From positions 134,350 to 198,349 of the forward strand of contig JBEHXG010000002.1 in NCBI GenBank assembly GCA_048498815.1: a DNA stretch of 64,000 nucleotides, written 5' to 3'. The translations under genes and the position numbers were made by a program. The number at the start of each line of letters is the position of its first letter. Positions within the stretch are counted from its first letter, which is position 1. Under the pieces are notes generated by a model. It had not been told where the DNA came from. It ran no database searches and worked only from the letters and a program-made list of their open reading frames with translations. Source of the stretch: Acidobacteriota bacterium. Its GTDB lineage: Bacteria; Acidobacteriota; Terriglobia; Bryobacterales; Bryobacteraceae. Of the stretch, positions 27,759-36,175 are shown piece by piece.

Positions 27759-29348
27759 CTACCGCGACATGATCTCGTAATGCGGCCGGGGAATATTCAC
27801 TGGCACTACGCTTTGGGACGCACTGTAATTGCGCGCTCGCACCCAGTTGCCGAACTGAAGCCCGATGACAAGTCTGTCGCCGTAATAGGGTGCGTTGAAA
27901 GTGGTGTTTACATCGCCTTCCACAAAGAACTGCAGCGTGTCGGAGGGGCCAAAGGAAAGCTTCAGCATCGCTGAAGGCTGCTCATCCAGTCCGCGCGTAT
28001 AGCGCTTCACGTAGGCGAGGCTGCTTTCAATCTGGACGCGCCGAAATGTTCCGGAAGCGCTGATGCCGACCTGATCCGCATAGCGAATGTACTGCGGGGT
28101 GGTGAGTACGGCGACGCTGGTATTCGTTACGTTCGATGTATTCTTAAAACCCTTCGCTCCGAAGAAGCCGATTGTCCCGCCCTTGAAGACCCAGTCAAAC
28201 GTCGCGATGCCTGAGCCGAGGAATGCTCCCCCCCGCGAAAAAACCTGAGTGCCCGCAGGCGGCAGATATTGATTCAGGCTGATGGATGCATAGTCGAACT
28301 GCGCGAACGTCCCAATCTGGACGTGCCCGAAGCGATTGACAAGACCGGCGCTGAAGATGGCGTCACTAAGTCCGTCAACCGGGCTGATTGCGCCTCGGTA
28401 TGCGTCGGGATGAGCATAGACCCAGTCGCCCTCCACCTGAAGTCCGTGAGTGCCGGGCTGATCCGGCGTCTTGCCGTTTCCGAAAGGAATGAGCGCTTTT
28501 CCGAAAATCTCGGCGGAGAAGTCACCCACCCGGCCATGTGAGAAGGTCGGGCCCATGTCAAATCCCACCTGCGTGAATTTGCGGTTTCTCAGTGCGGACT
28601 GGGTGAGCGCGTAGTCAGCGGCATCGTGCGCGATCTTAGTCGTTTGTTCGCTCGTCAGCGGGACGGGGCGCTGCACCAGCGCACCGGTATCCTGCCTGAT
28701 GGCGGCGGTGTCCTGTTTAATAGCGGCAGTATCCTGCTTGATGGCTCCCGTGTCCTGGCGAATTGCACCGGTGTCCTGCTTTATTCCGGATGTCTGTGTT
28801 CCGATCTGCGTCTGGATCTGCTGGAGCTGACCCGGAAGTGCGTCAAGTTTATCCAGTTGTGTGTGCGCATACTTGATGAAATCTTCGATGGCGGAATTGA
28901 TGTCGCCATCGCCGATGGTGGTTCCATCAGGAGCCGTCACGGTGATTACGACGCGACGATTCACGAAGAGAGCATTTCGCCCTGCGCCGTTCTCTTCCGG
29001 CGACTTCTTCCCTTCGCCGCTCGTCTGAATCTGCCCCGCCGTCGCACCGTATTTTTGCAGAAACGCGGAGACTGCATTGGCGCGACGCGCTGAAAGTGCG
29101 TCGTTGAGACGAGTCGAGCCACGGCGATCCGCGTGGCCAACGATGCTCACCTTATAGTCGGGATGCGCTTTCAGGAGTTGAGCGAGTCGCAGCAGGCTGG
29201 GGAATCCGTCAACGATCACGGATTGATTGGTGGCGAAGTTGACTTCCTCCCAGTCCCCGGGTCTGGCGCGGGTTTCAGTAACCTCCTGCGCGGGCAGAGT
29301 GGCGGCAACTAACAAGCCTGTTAGCAGGAGAAGCGGTATCTTAGGCAT
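27759..29348 (-). CDS. OmpA-domain protein with an N-terminal peptidoglycan-binding domain, a heptad-repeat linker and a C-terminal beta-rich (barrel-like) domain
   Basis: A signal peptide is followed by the OmpA_C-like block VSIVGHADRRGSTRLNDALSARRANAVSAFL. Next comes a Q-rich stretch and five 7-aa repeats. The last ~300 aa show an alternating aromatic/glycine beta-strand pattern and end in ...YEIMSR. Confidence 0.7.
   Translation of the reverse strand: MPKIPLLLLTGLLVAATLPAQEVTETRARPGDWEEVNFATNQSVIVDGFPSLLRLAQLLKAHPDYKVSIVGHADRRGSTRLNDALSARRANAVSAFLQKYGATAGQIQTSGEGKKSPEENGAGRNALFVNRRVVITVTAPDGTTIGDGDINSAIEDFIKYAHTQLDKLDALPGQLQQIQTQIGTQTSGIKQDTGAIRQDTGAIKQDTAAIKQDTAAIRQDTGALVQRPVPLTSEQTTKIAHDAADYALTQSALRNRKFTQVGFDMGPTFSHGRVGDFSAEIFGKALIPFGNGKTPDQPGTHGLQVEGDWVYAHPDAYRGAISPVDGLSDAIFSAGLVNRFGHVQIGTFAQFDYASISLNQYLPPAGTQVFSRGGAFLGSGIATFDWVFKGGTIGFFGAKGFKNTSNVTNTSVAVLTTPQYIRYADQVGISASGTFRRVQIESSLAYVKRYTRGLDEQPSAMLKLSFGPSDTLQFFVEGDVNTTFNAPYYGDRLVIGLQFGNWVRARNYSASQSVVPVNIPRPHYEIMSR
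28680..28787 (-). repeat. In-frame 21-bp tandem repeat (about 5 units) encoding GIKQDTG AIRQDTG AIKQDTA AIKQDTA AIRQDTG
   Basis: It reads directly from the translation of 27759..29348, residues about 188-223. At DNA level, units of ...ggtgtcctg(c/t)tt(a/g)at(g/a)gc... recur every 21 nt. Confidence 0.85.
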
Positions 29349-29894
29349 TTCCTTTTGAGATCTCCATTTTTTGAAAGTAAGTACGTGCCGTCACTCTTAT
29401 TCAGGTTCCCCGAAGGGCGGTTAAGTTTAGATTCCGGGTTTGAAGGACCGTCAGATATCGAACAGAGCGCGGACTAACCTTGTTTCAGCGAGCATCCCGA
29501 GCACCAATACAAGTTGTGTCTTAAAGAACGCTACGCGTGGGATCCAACCACGTGCATACGGAGAACGGGTGCCGGTGAGAGTTACTTCTGCAGATAGCGC
29601 GCAGAAAAGTTCCGGTTCGGGATCGGAAATCGGTCGCTACCGCACGGCAGATCACTGCGCCGGCGTCGATGTGGAACCGGAGTCGCCCACGTTTCCTCGT
29701 CCCGGCATGTTCGGTGAAGGGGAGGCTTCCATGCCGCCCGTTTGTTCAGCACCATTGCCTTGGCTGCTGCTCACCGGGGTGTACAGAATCACTCCGGTGC
29801 GCGCTTCAGGCAGCAAGCAGAAAAAGGGTCGCGAGGAACAAGAGGTTAATACGTCTCATCGTGCCGCTCAACGAAGCAGATTGTCTGACGGCGA

Positions 29895-30767
29895 TCAGCG
29901 GAGAGGCGTTCGGGGGACTACGGAGCCGGCGCCCATCAAGACCAGCGAACGCTGGGCGAACGGTGAGTACACCAACAGGCTCGTACACCCAAGAGCGACG
30001 CCCAGATTCACATGACGCAGGAGAAGGAATGGAGCGAGCGACCAGACAGCGTCCATCGGTAACAGGAGCCACCATAGTCTTGCGAATTTCTGTTTCATCC
30101 CGGGTGCTTTGAACAGGGTCGCGCACAGAAGAAATGTCCTCACCGGAATGAGGACGGCGGCAGTGACGATCAGGACGGAAAAAACGATCCGTGAAAAGGG
30201 GAGCGAGGAAAGGAGATCGTCAATTTCCGGCAGGTTCGCGAGCGCGCCTGCGTAGAAGCTCAGATACATCGCCTGAAGCAGAACGAAGAGCGTCTGAACC
30301 ACGCTGCGGGGTGCCGGAGGCAGATCTCGCTCCGTGGCGAGCAGGCTCTCGGTGAAGTCCGGTTCTGGCTCAGACGGGGGAACTTCTGTCGGCTCGGCGT
30401 TTGCCCGTTCGGCGTCTGCCCGCTCTATCTTTGCTCTTTCGACAGGCGCGAGGAACCGATAGCCACGCCGGGCCAGCGTCTCGATGAAGCGCGGGTTACC
30501 TGCCTTATCCCCGAGAGCGTCCCGGAGGCGATTCATGGCAGAATTCAGGCCGTGGTCGAAGTCGACGAAGGTTCCGTCGGGCCAAAGGCGCTGACAGATT
30601 TGTTCGCGGGTCAGAAGCTCGCCCGGACGTTCGAGGAACATTACCAGGATTTGAAACGGCTGCGAATGAAGCTTGACCCTGATGCCGGCTCGCCTCAGCT
30701 CGCCTGCGACGGGGTCGAGTTCGAAGATTCCAAAGCGGTAGGGCGCGATGGCCGGGGAGTTCTCCAT
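29895..30767 (-). CDS. Membrane-bound OmpR/PhoB-type winged-helix regulator (CadC/ToxR-like), no receiver domain
   Basis: N-terminus YRFGIFELDPVAGELRRAGIRVKLHSQPFQILVMFLERPGELLTREQICQRLWPDGTFVDFDHGLNSAMNRLRDALGD....IETLARRGYRF. The C-terminal ~140 aa form about 4 hydrophobic segments. Confidence 0.75.
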   Translation of the reverse strand: MENSPAIAPYRFGIFELDPVAGELRRAGIRVKLHSQPFQILVMFLERPGELLTREQICQRLWPDGTFVDFDHGLNSAMNRLRDALGDKAGNPRFIETLARRGYRFLAPVERAKIERADAERANAEPTEVPPSEPEPDFTESLLATERDLPPAPRSVVQTLFVLLQAMYLSFYAGALANLPEIDDLLSSLPFSRIVFSVLIVTAAVLIPVRTFLLCATLFKAPGMKQKFARLWWLLLPMDAVWSLAPFLLLRHVNLGVALGCTSLLVYSPFAQRSLVLMGAGSVVPRTPLR

Positions 30768-30924
30768 GTCCTGCGCCTTATTTTATCTGAATGTGTTCAC
30801 GGATGCTCAGTGAGAGGTGTGGGCATCCCGATTCTTTGCTATGACTTGCGCCGTGAGGATTAGTTTTGACGGCGTGAGGTTTGCTGCATTGCATGCAAGA
30901 GCCGGGGAGGCGCAGAATTCAGAC

Positions 30925-31635
30925 ATGAAAAAGCTGATTGCCGCAGGATTTTGTGCCGTCATGGTCCTCGCCGCCGACCCGCCACCAGCCGCTAATGACG
31001 CGTTCAACAGGTACAGCCGGGAGGTGGATCTTCGTTTGGACAGGCAACACCGGTCAACGGATGGATTCCTCGCCCGGGCAGGATTCGACGCCCGGCGCCA
31101 GTTCATCGAGCGATTGCAAACTCCCGAAATTCCCGGCGCGCTGCTACGTCACTGGCGAGGAACGGCGTTTGCCCCGGGCGCGCGCGCATCCGACTTTGAG
31201 CGGCTGATTGGGGATATCGCCGGGTATCCCCGATACTTCGCGCCTCAGGTTGACCAGGCGCGAGTGTTGTGGCAGGGCGACGACGAGATGCGCGCGTGGA
31301 TACGGGTCCGTCAGCGGCACGTCATCACGGTGGTGATGGACACCACATATGACATCGTGTCCGGACGACTGGATTCAAGGCACGGATACAGCATTTCCAG
31401 AAGCACGCATATTGAGGACACCGGCGGCGAAGACCGCGGATTCCTCTGGCGCCTCAGCACCTATTGGAGCTACGAAGAGCGGGAGCACGGGCTCGCACTA
31501 CAAATTGAATCGATTTCACTCAGCCGGTCTATTCCTCGCGGCCTGGGATGGGTGGTCAGACCTTATGTGGAGAGCGTGCCGAGGGAATCGCTCGAGTTTA
31601 CGCTGCGCGCGGTGTGCGATGCGCTTCGCGCATAA
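30925..31635 (+). CDS. Hypothetical secreted protein (possibly SRPBCC/START-like lipid-binding fold)
   Basis: I take the start at ATG 30925 (MKKLIAAGFCAVMVLAADP signal). No named motif is present. The fold suggestion rests only on size and an alternating beta / C-terminal helix pattern. Confidence 0.4.
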   Translation: MKKLIAAGFCAVMVLAADPPPAANDAFNRYSREVDLRLDRQHRSTDGFLARAGFDARRQFIERLQTPEIPGALLRHWRGTAFAPGARASDFERLIGDIAGYPRYFAPQVDQARVLWQGDDEMRAWIRVRQRHVITVVMDTTYDIVSGRLDSRHGYSISRSTHIEDTGGEDRGFLWRLSTYWSYEEREHGLALQIESISLSRSIPRGLGWVVRPYVESVPRESLEFTLRAVCDALRA

Positions 31636-31662
31636 GACGGAGGCAGGGAAAGGAAAGACCAG

Positions 31663-32340
31663 ATGACAGCTAATAACACGTTTTCTCCGGCGCGACGAGT
31701 GAATCGCGCGCTGACTGCTTCCGTCGAGAAGCGGATACTCGGATGGTTCGCAGCCCGTCTGCCGGGATGTGTGAGTTCCGACCAGCTTACGGTTCTCGGA
31801 CTGACCGCTCAGATTGGAGCGGGGGCGGCCTATGCTCTTGCGCGCTATTACCGTGGGGCGCTTTGGCTGGTGATCATTTGCCTGATTCTCAACTGGTTTG
31901 GTGATAGCCTGGATGGAACCTTAGCTCGTTTTCGCCGGCAGACGCGGCCGCGTTACGGGTTTTATGTGGACCACGTGGTGGATATCTTCGGATCGGCTGC
32001 GCTGCTCAGTGGGCTGGCTTGTTCGGGGTTCCTGCACTGGCAGGTTGCGATTGGGATGCTGGTCGCCTTTCTGCTGCTGGCGGGCGAGAGCTACCTGGCA
32101 ACTTACACCTTGGCTTGCTTTGAACTATCGCAGGGACTGTTTGGACCGACCGAGCTGCGACTGCTACTAATCGCGGGCAATCTGGCTCTGCTGCACAGCC
32201 CGTGGTCGACGGTTTTCGGACACAAAATATTGCTGTTCGACATCGGCGGCACTATCGGCGGCGCGGGGATGTTTGCGACGGCGATTGCGGTATCGATTCG
32301 GCACACGGCCCGGTTGTATCGGGAAGAACCGCTGCCATGA
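31663..32340 (+). CDS. CDP-alcohol phosphatidyltransferase family protein (second copy in the window)
   Basis: Signature GDSLDGTLARFRRQTRPRYGFYVDHVVD (the DG..AR...G...D...D pattern). It has about 6 TM segments. Confidence 0.75.
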   Translation: MTANNTFSPARRVNRALTASVEKRILGWFAARLPGCVSSDQLTVLGLTAQIGAGAAYALARYYRGALWLVIICLILNWFGDSLDGTLARFRRQTRPRYGFYVDHVVDIFGSAALLSGLACSGFLHWQVAIGMLVAFLLLAGESYLATYTLACFELSQGLFGPTELRLLLIAGNLALLHSPWSTVFGHKILLFDIGGTIGGAGMFATAIAVSIRHTARLYREEPLP

Positions 32341-32726
32341 CGGGATTTTCTCGCTGGATCCGATTTAACGCTGTGGGTGCGCTGGGAGCTGCGGTGCAGT
32401 TGGGGTCGCTCGGCTTACTCCGGGGGCCCGGTGGGCTGCAGTACCTGACCGCTTCGGCGCTGGCAGTCGAACTGGCTGTGCTGCATAACTTCGCCTGGCA
32501 TTGGCAGTTCACATGGCAGGAACGATTCCACAGCGAGCGAGTTCTTCCGACGCTCGTGAGATTCCATCTTTCGAACGGGTTCGTTTCCACGCTCGGAAAT
32601 CTGGTCGTGATGAAGCTGCTGGTAGGGGTGCTGGGCTATCCGGTGATCGTTTCGAATAGCCTGTCTATTCTTCTCTGCTCCGGTCTGAACTTCCTGCTGG
32701 CAGACCGATGGGGCGTTTGGACGTAA
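32337..32726 (+). CDS. GtrA-like membrane protein
   Basis: ATG at 32337 overlaps the preceding stop (ATGA). The 129-aa protein has 4 TM segments, with RFNAVGALGAAVQLG...NFAWHWQFTW...RF..SNG and a C-terminal NFLLADRW, typical of the GtrA family. Confidence 0.7.
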   Translation: MTGFSRWIRFNAVGALGAAVQLGSLGLLRGPGGLQYLTASALAVELAVLHNFAWHWQFTWQERFHSERVLPTLVRFHLSNGFVSTLGNLVVMKLLVGVLGYPVIVSNSLSILLCSGLNFLLADRWGVWT

Positions 32727-32803
32727 GCGCTAATGCCAGAGCTGCCACAATGCGCGGATGATCAAAACACCCGTATGATACGGTTCCTTACCCCTGTGTT
32801 TCC

Positions 32804-32832
32804 TTGATTTACGGCACCGGTTGCAGTAGCAT
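32804..32832 (+). promoter_or_regulatory. Candidate sigma70-type promoter for 32877..34115
   Basis: TTGATT (32804-32809), a 17-nt spacer, then TAGCAT (32827-32832), 45 nt upstream of the ATG. This is pattern only. Promoter consensus in this phylum is not well established. Confidence 0.3.
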
Positions 32833-32876
32833 CGGGAGGACGAAACGATTTCGCGTCGATTTCCACGGAGAAAGCT

Positions 32877-34115
32877 ATGCTCTACACAAGACGGGATATG
32901 GGAAGGATCGTGGCGGCCGCAGGGCTGGCCTCGACCAGAATGTTCGGCGCCACGAAGCCCGATTCGAAGATCAAGGGCGTCCAGATTGGCGCCATCACAT
33001 ATAGTTACCGCAGCATGCCGGACCAGAGCGCGGAAGCGACGCTGAAATACTGCGTTGATTCCGGGATCAGCGCGATTGAGCTGATGGCGCCTCCGATCAC
33101 CGACTGGATGCGCAAGAAGGGTAACTTCGCTGCCAGTCCAGCTGCTGCGGCAGCCGCCGCAGCATCGGCTGCAGGCGGTGGCGGACGCGGTGGTGGCGGC
33201 GGAGCTCGTGGCGGCAGCGGCGGACGGGGCGGCGGATTCGGCGGTGGCGGCGCTCGCGTGACTTATCCGGTAGTAGCGGGAATGAAGGTCGGGTTTGGGA
33301 ATGACCAGCCGGCCGGTCAGTGGAACGGTAAGGCATGTCCCGCGGGACGCGGCGGGCTGGCTGGCGGACCGGGCGGACCCGGCGCGGCGGGTGGATCAGG
33401 TGCGCGCGGCGGTGGTGGTGGTTTCGCAGGCGGTGGCGGACGCGGCCAGCAAACACCCGAGCAGATCGCAGCGGCGGATGCTGAGCGCAAGTGGCGGCTT
33501 GGCCTTTCGATGGACATCTTCAGGGATTTGAGGAAGATGTACAACGACGCGGGCGTAACGATCTACGCGATCAAGGACCTTCCGATGACCACGGACGACG
33601 ATCTGGAGCAGATGCTCACGATCGCGAAGACGCTGGGCGCTTCCCACTTTACGAGTGAGCTTCCGGCGGGCGCTAACGCCGATGCGACGCTCAAGAGACT
33701 TGGGGATGCGGCGCTGAAGCACGGATTGTTTTCCGCCTATCATTCCCATCAGCAGGGAAGCATGACGGCGTTCGATGAAGCGCTGGAAATTTCGAAAGGC
33801 AACCGCGCGAATGTGGATCTCGGCCATTTTATGGCGGCGACGAATCCGGGCGGCACGCCGCTGGAGTTCCTGAACAAGTTCCACGACAAAATTGCCAGCT
33901 TCCATATAAAGGACCGCACGACGGTGGCGCACTGCGCGCTGAACCTGCCGTGGGGCACCGGCGAAACACCAATCGCTCAGATTCTTCAGACCGTACAGAA
34001 GAACAAGTGGACGATGCCGGCATCGATTGAGCTGGAATATGACGTTCCGGAAGGATCGGATGCTGTGAAGGAAGTGGCGATCTGTCTGGATTTTTGCCGT
34101 AAGGCGCTGGCTTAG
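32877..34115 (+). CDS. Tat-exported xylose-isomerase-like TIM-barrel (sugar phosphate isomerase/epimerase family) protein with a ~105-aa Ala/Gly/Arg low-complexity insertion
   Basis: Twin-arginine N-terminus YTRRDMGRIVAAAGLAS. TIM-barrel blocks are VQIGAITYSY...GISAIELM, ...HSHQQ, VDLGHF, FHIKDR and ASIELEY. Residues about 85-191 form the AAAAAAASAAGGGGRGGGGGARGGSGGRGGGFGGGG... insertion. Confidence 0.7.
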   Translation: MLYTRRDMGRIVAAAGLASTRMFGATKPDSKIKGVQIGAITYSYRSMPDQSAEATLKYCVDSGISAIELMAPPITDWMRKKGNFAASPAAAAAAAASAAGGGGRGGGGGARGGSGGRGGGFGGGGARVTYPVVAGMKVGFGNDQPAGQWNGKACPAGRGGLAGGPGGPGAAGGSGARGGGGGFAGGGGRGQQTPEQIAAADAERKWRLGLSMDIFRDLRKMYNDAGVTIYAIKDLPMTTDDDLEQMLTIAKTLGASHFTSELPAGANADATLKRLGDAALKHGLFSAYHSHQQGSMTAFDEALEISKGNRANVDLGHFMAATNPGGTPLEFLNKFHDKIASFHIKDRTTVAHCALNLPWGTGETPIAQILQTVQKNKWTMPASIELEYDVPEGSDAVKEVAICLDFCRKALA

Positions 34116-34138
34116 TCCGCACGCAGGCTGCGGTTTTG

Positions 34139-34171
34139 AAAAGGGGCTCCGCAAGGGGCCTCTTTTTTTTT
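34139..34171 (+). terminator. Rho-independent terminator
   Basis: A 12-bp stem (AAAAGGGGCTCC / GGGGCCTCTTTT, two G-U pairs) closes a GCAA tetraloop. The 3' arm runs into a TCTTTTTTTTT tract. It lies 24 nt after the stop at 34115. Confidence 0.8.
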
Positions 34172-34176
34172 GATAC

Positions 34177-36075
34177 GTGACCTCTCGTTACACTAAACTC
34201 TTGGCTCAGGAATCAAACGTCCGCCAGTTGGAGCGGATCGGCGTTGGGGTGCTGGTCGCGATTTTCATCTGCTTCACCTGGCACGGTCTGCAGATGTTCT
34301 TCTCAGGCGACGACCTGATGAACACGTATAAGGCATGGATTCTCCCGATTCGCAACGTCTGGAAATCGCAGTTCCTTCCCTGGATGGCGGTCTACCGGCC
34401 GGCCGGAACGCTGGTGTACCGAATCTTCTTCAAAAACTTCGGATTTCATCCCCTGCCGCTTTACATATTTGGCGAACTGCTGCTGATTGCGAATGTGTTC
34501 GTCGGCTGGCGTTTCTTCCGCGCACTTGCGGCGTCTCCGTTCGAAGGGCTGATGGCGCTGGCGCTTGTGCTCGTACATGGCACGTTCGATAGCCTCTATC
34601 TGAGTATGGGCACGATTTACGACCGCCTGTGCTTCACGTTCACTGCGCTTGCCGTGATTGTCTATGCGCGGTTTCGCCGCGAGGGAACTCCGTTGGGTGC
34701 TGGCCGCGTGGCGCTCATCTGCTTCATTTGCCTGATGGCGATGAATTCAAAAGAAAGCGGCGCTGCCGTCCCCGTGATTCTTTTCTGCTATGAGTGTATT
34801 TATTGCCTGCCGAATGTCTGGCGCGAGTCTGGCGTGGGGAAGTGGCTGCGTTCGATCACTCCGCTTTATCTCCTGCTCGCGGCCATGCTGGCGGCGTTCT
34901 GGTGGGGGCGGGTTCGCCATACACCGGATTTGACTGATAACCCCGGATACCGGCAGAACGCTCAGCTTGGGGTGTGGTTATCACATGTTGCGCAATATCT
35001 GGAGATATTGATTTATCAGGCGGCTCATCCTTCGGCGGCCGCTGCCGCGATAACGCTGCTCGTAATGCCCGCACTGGCCCTGTTCCTGCGCAATCGCGCG
35101 ATGTTGTTCGGCTGGGCGTTTTTCGCGCTGGGCATCACTCCGGTCGCGCTGATTCCGATGCGGCAGGGCTTCGTGCTCTACGTCCCGGAGTTGGGCCTCG
35201 GTCTGTACTTAGCGGCTCTGATTGGTGTGGTGGGGGCGCCATTGCTGCGGCGGGCGCCGAATCCTCTTGCGGCGCAGGTTGGCCTGTTTGCAGTGGTGGC
35301 CGGGCTATCCGTTTGGGTGCATCGTGCGCATTGGGCGCGTCCGTGGAATCCGCGCGATACACCACAGTGGGGTCTTACAGAAAAGATGCGGCAGGATTAT
35401 CCCTTGCTCAAACGCGGCGCCCACGTATTATTCGCCAGCGATTACTTTGCCCAGGATACATACGATCCGCTTTTCACGCTACGGTTGCTCTATGGGGATA
35501 ATCTGATCGAAGCCCAGAGGCTGCACGCGCCGAAAGATCAGCAGCCAGACCCAAAGCATCCGATGGACTACGACCTGGTGCTCATGGCTTCCCAGGGATC
35601 GTATCTGGAACTGGACAACCATAATGTAGAGGAATCGGTTCAACTTCGGATTCCACGCGACTACTCGGTTGGCCGGCATTTCGAAACCACGCACCGGGAT
35701 CGGATTGCCTATCTGGTTTCGGGCGTTCTGGATTCGGACAGGTTCGATGGAGGACTGTGGACTACCGGGTCGGCACGGCTTCGTTTTGACGTTTATCCCG
35801 CGGATTCCACTCTGGCGCTGAAGTTTTACGTGCCGCATGAGGTTGCGAATGGTAAAGCCCGAACGCTTTCTGTGACGGTGGGCGGAGGTTCTGTGGGAAC
35901 GTTTGCGCTGTCAAAGGAAGGCTTCTATGAGCTCCGTTTTCCAGTACCCGCGCGCGCGATCAGTGGCTCGGGATTTACCGAGGTGGGCCTGGACGTAGAC
36001 GATCCCTATAAAGATGGCACGCAGGACTACGGAGTCGTCATCCTGCGCGCCGGATTTGATTATGTGAAGAAGTAG
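34177..36075 (+). CDS. Polytopic membrane protein with a ~200-aa C-terminal soluble domain (possibly a GT-C-type glycosyltransferase)
   Basis: About 11 hydrophobic segments over the first 400 aa, then a hydrophilic beta-rich tail. No diagnostic motif was recognised. The listed GTG start abuts the upstream terminator, so the true start may be further downstream. Confidence 0.45.
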   Translation: MTSRYTKLLAQESNVRQLERIGVGVLVAIFICFTWHGLQMFFSGDDLMNTYKAWILPIRNVWKSQFLPWMAVYRPAGTLVYRIFFKNFGFHPLPLYIFGELLLIANVFVGWRFFRALAASPFEGLMALALVLVHGTFDSLYLSMGTIYDRLCFTFTALAVIVYARFRREGTPLGAGRVALICFICLMAMNSKESGAAVPVILFCYECIYCLPNVWRESGVGKWLRSITPLYLLLAAMLAAFWWGRVRHTPDLTDNPGYRQNAQLGVWLSHVAQYLEILIYQAAHPSAAAAAITLLVMPALALFLRNRAMLFGWAFFALGITPVALIPMRQGFVLYVPELGLGLYLAALIGVVGAPLLRRAPNPLAAQVGLFAVVAGLSVWVHRAHWARPWNPRDTPQWGLTEKMRQDYPLLKRGAHVLFASDYFAQDTYDPLFTLRLLYGDNLIEAQRLHAPKDQQPDPKHPMDYDLVLMASQGSYLELDNHNVEESVQLRIPRDYSVGRHFETTHRDRIAYLVSGVLDSDRFDGGLWTTGSARLRFDVYPADSTLALKFYVPHEVANGKARTLSVTVGGGSVGTFALSKEGFYELRFPVPARAISGSGFTEVGLDVDDPYKDGTQDYGVVILRAGFDYVKK

Positions 36076-36175
36076 CCGCGCGTCACCGACAATTATGTAT
36101 TTTTCAGAAGCGACTTCTTCACTGTGCGTGGAGTACACCTGGTCGCACAGCTCCAGGCCCGCGACTTCGGTTTGA

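Noticed and set aside
29660-29860. A signal-peptide-like mini-ORF on the minus strand (MRRINLLFLATLFLLAA*). A +1 shift would continue it into a ~50-aa Ser/Gly/Pro-rich peptide, within the 545-nt region upstream of the OmpA-family gene.
   Set aside because: It needs an assumed frameshift, is below any reliable length, and has no homolog that I can recognise. It could equally be chance in a GC-rich UTR.
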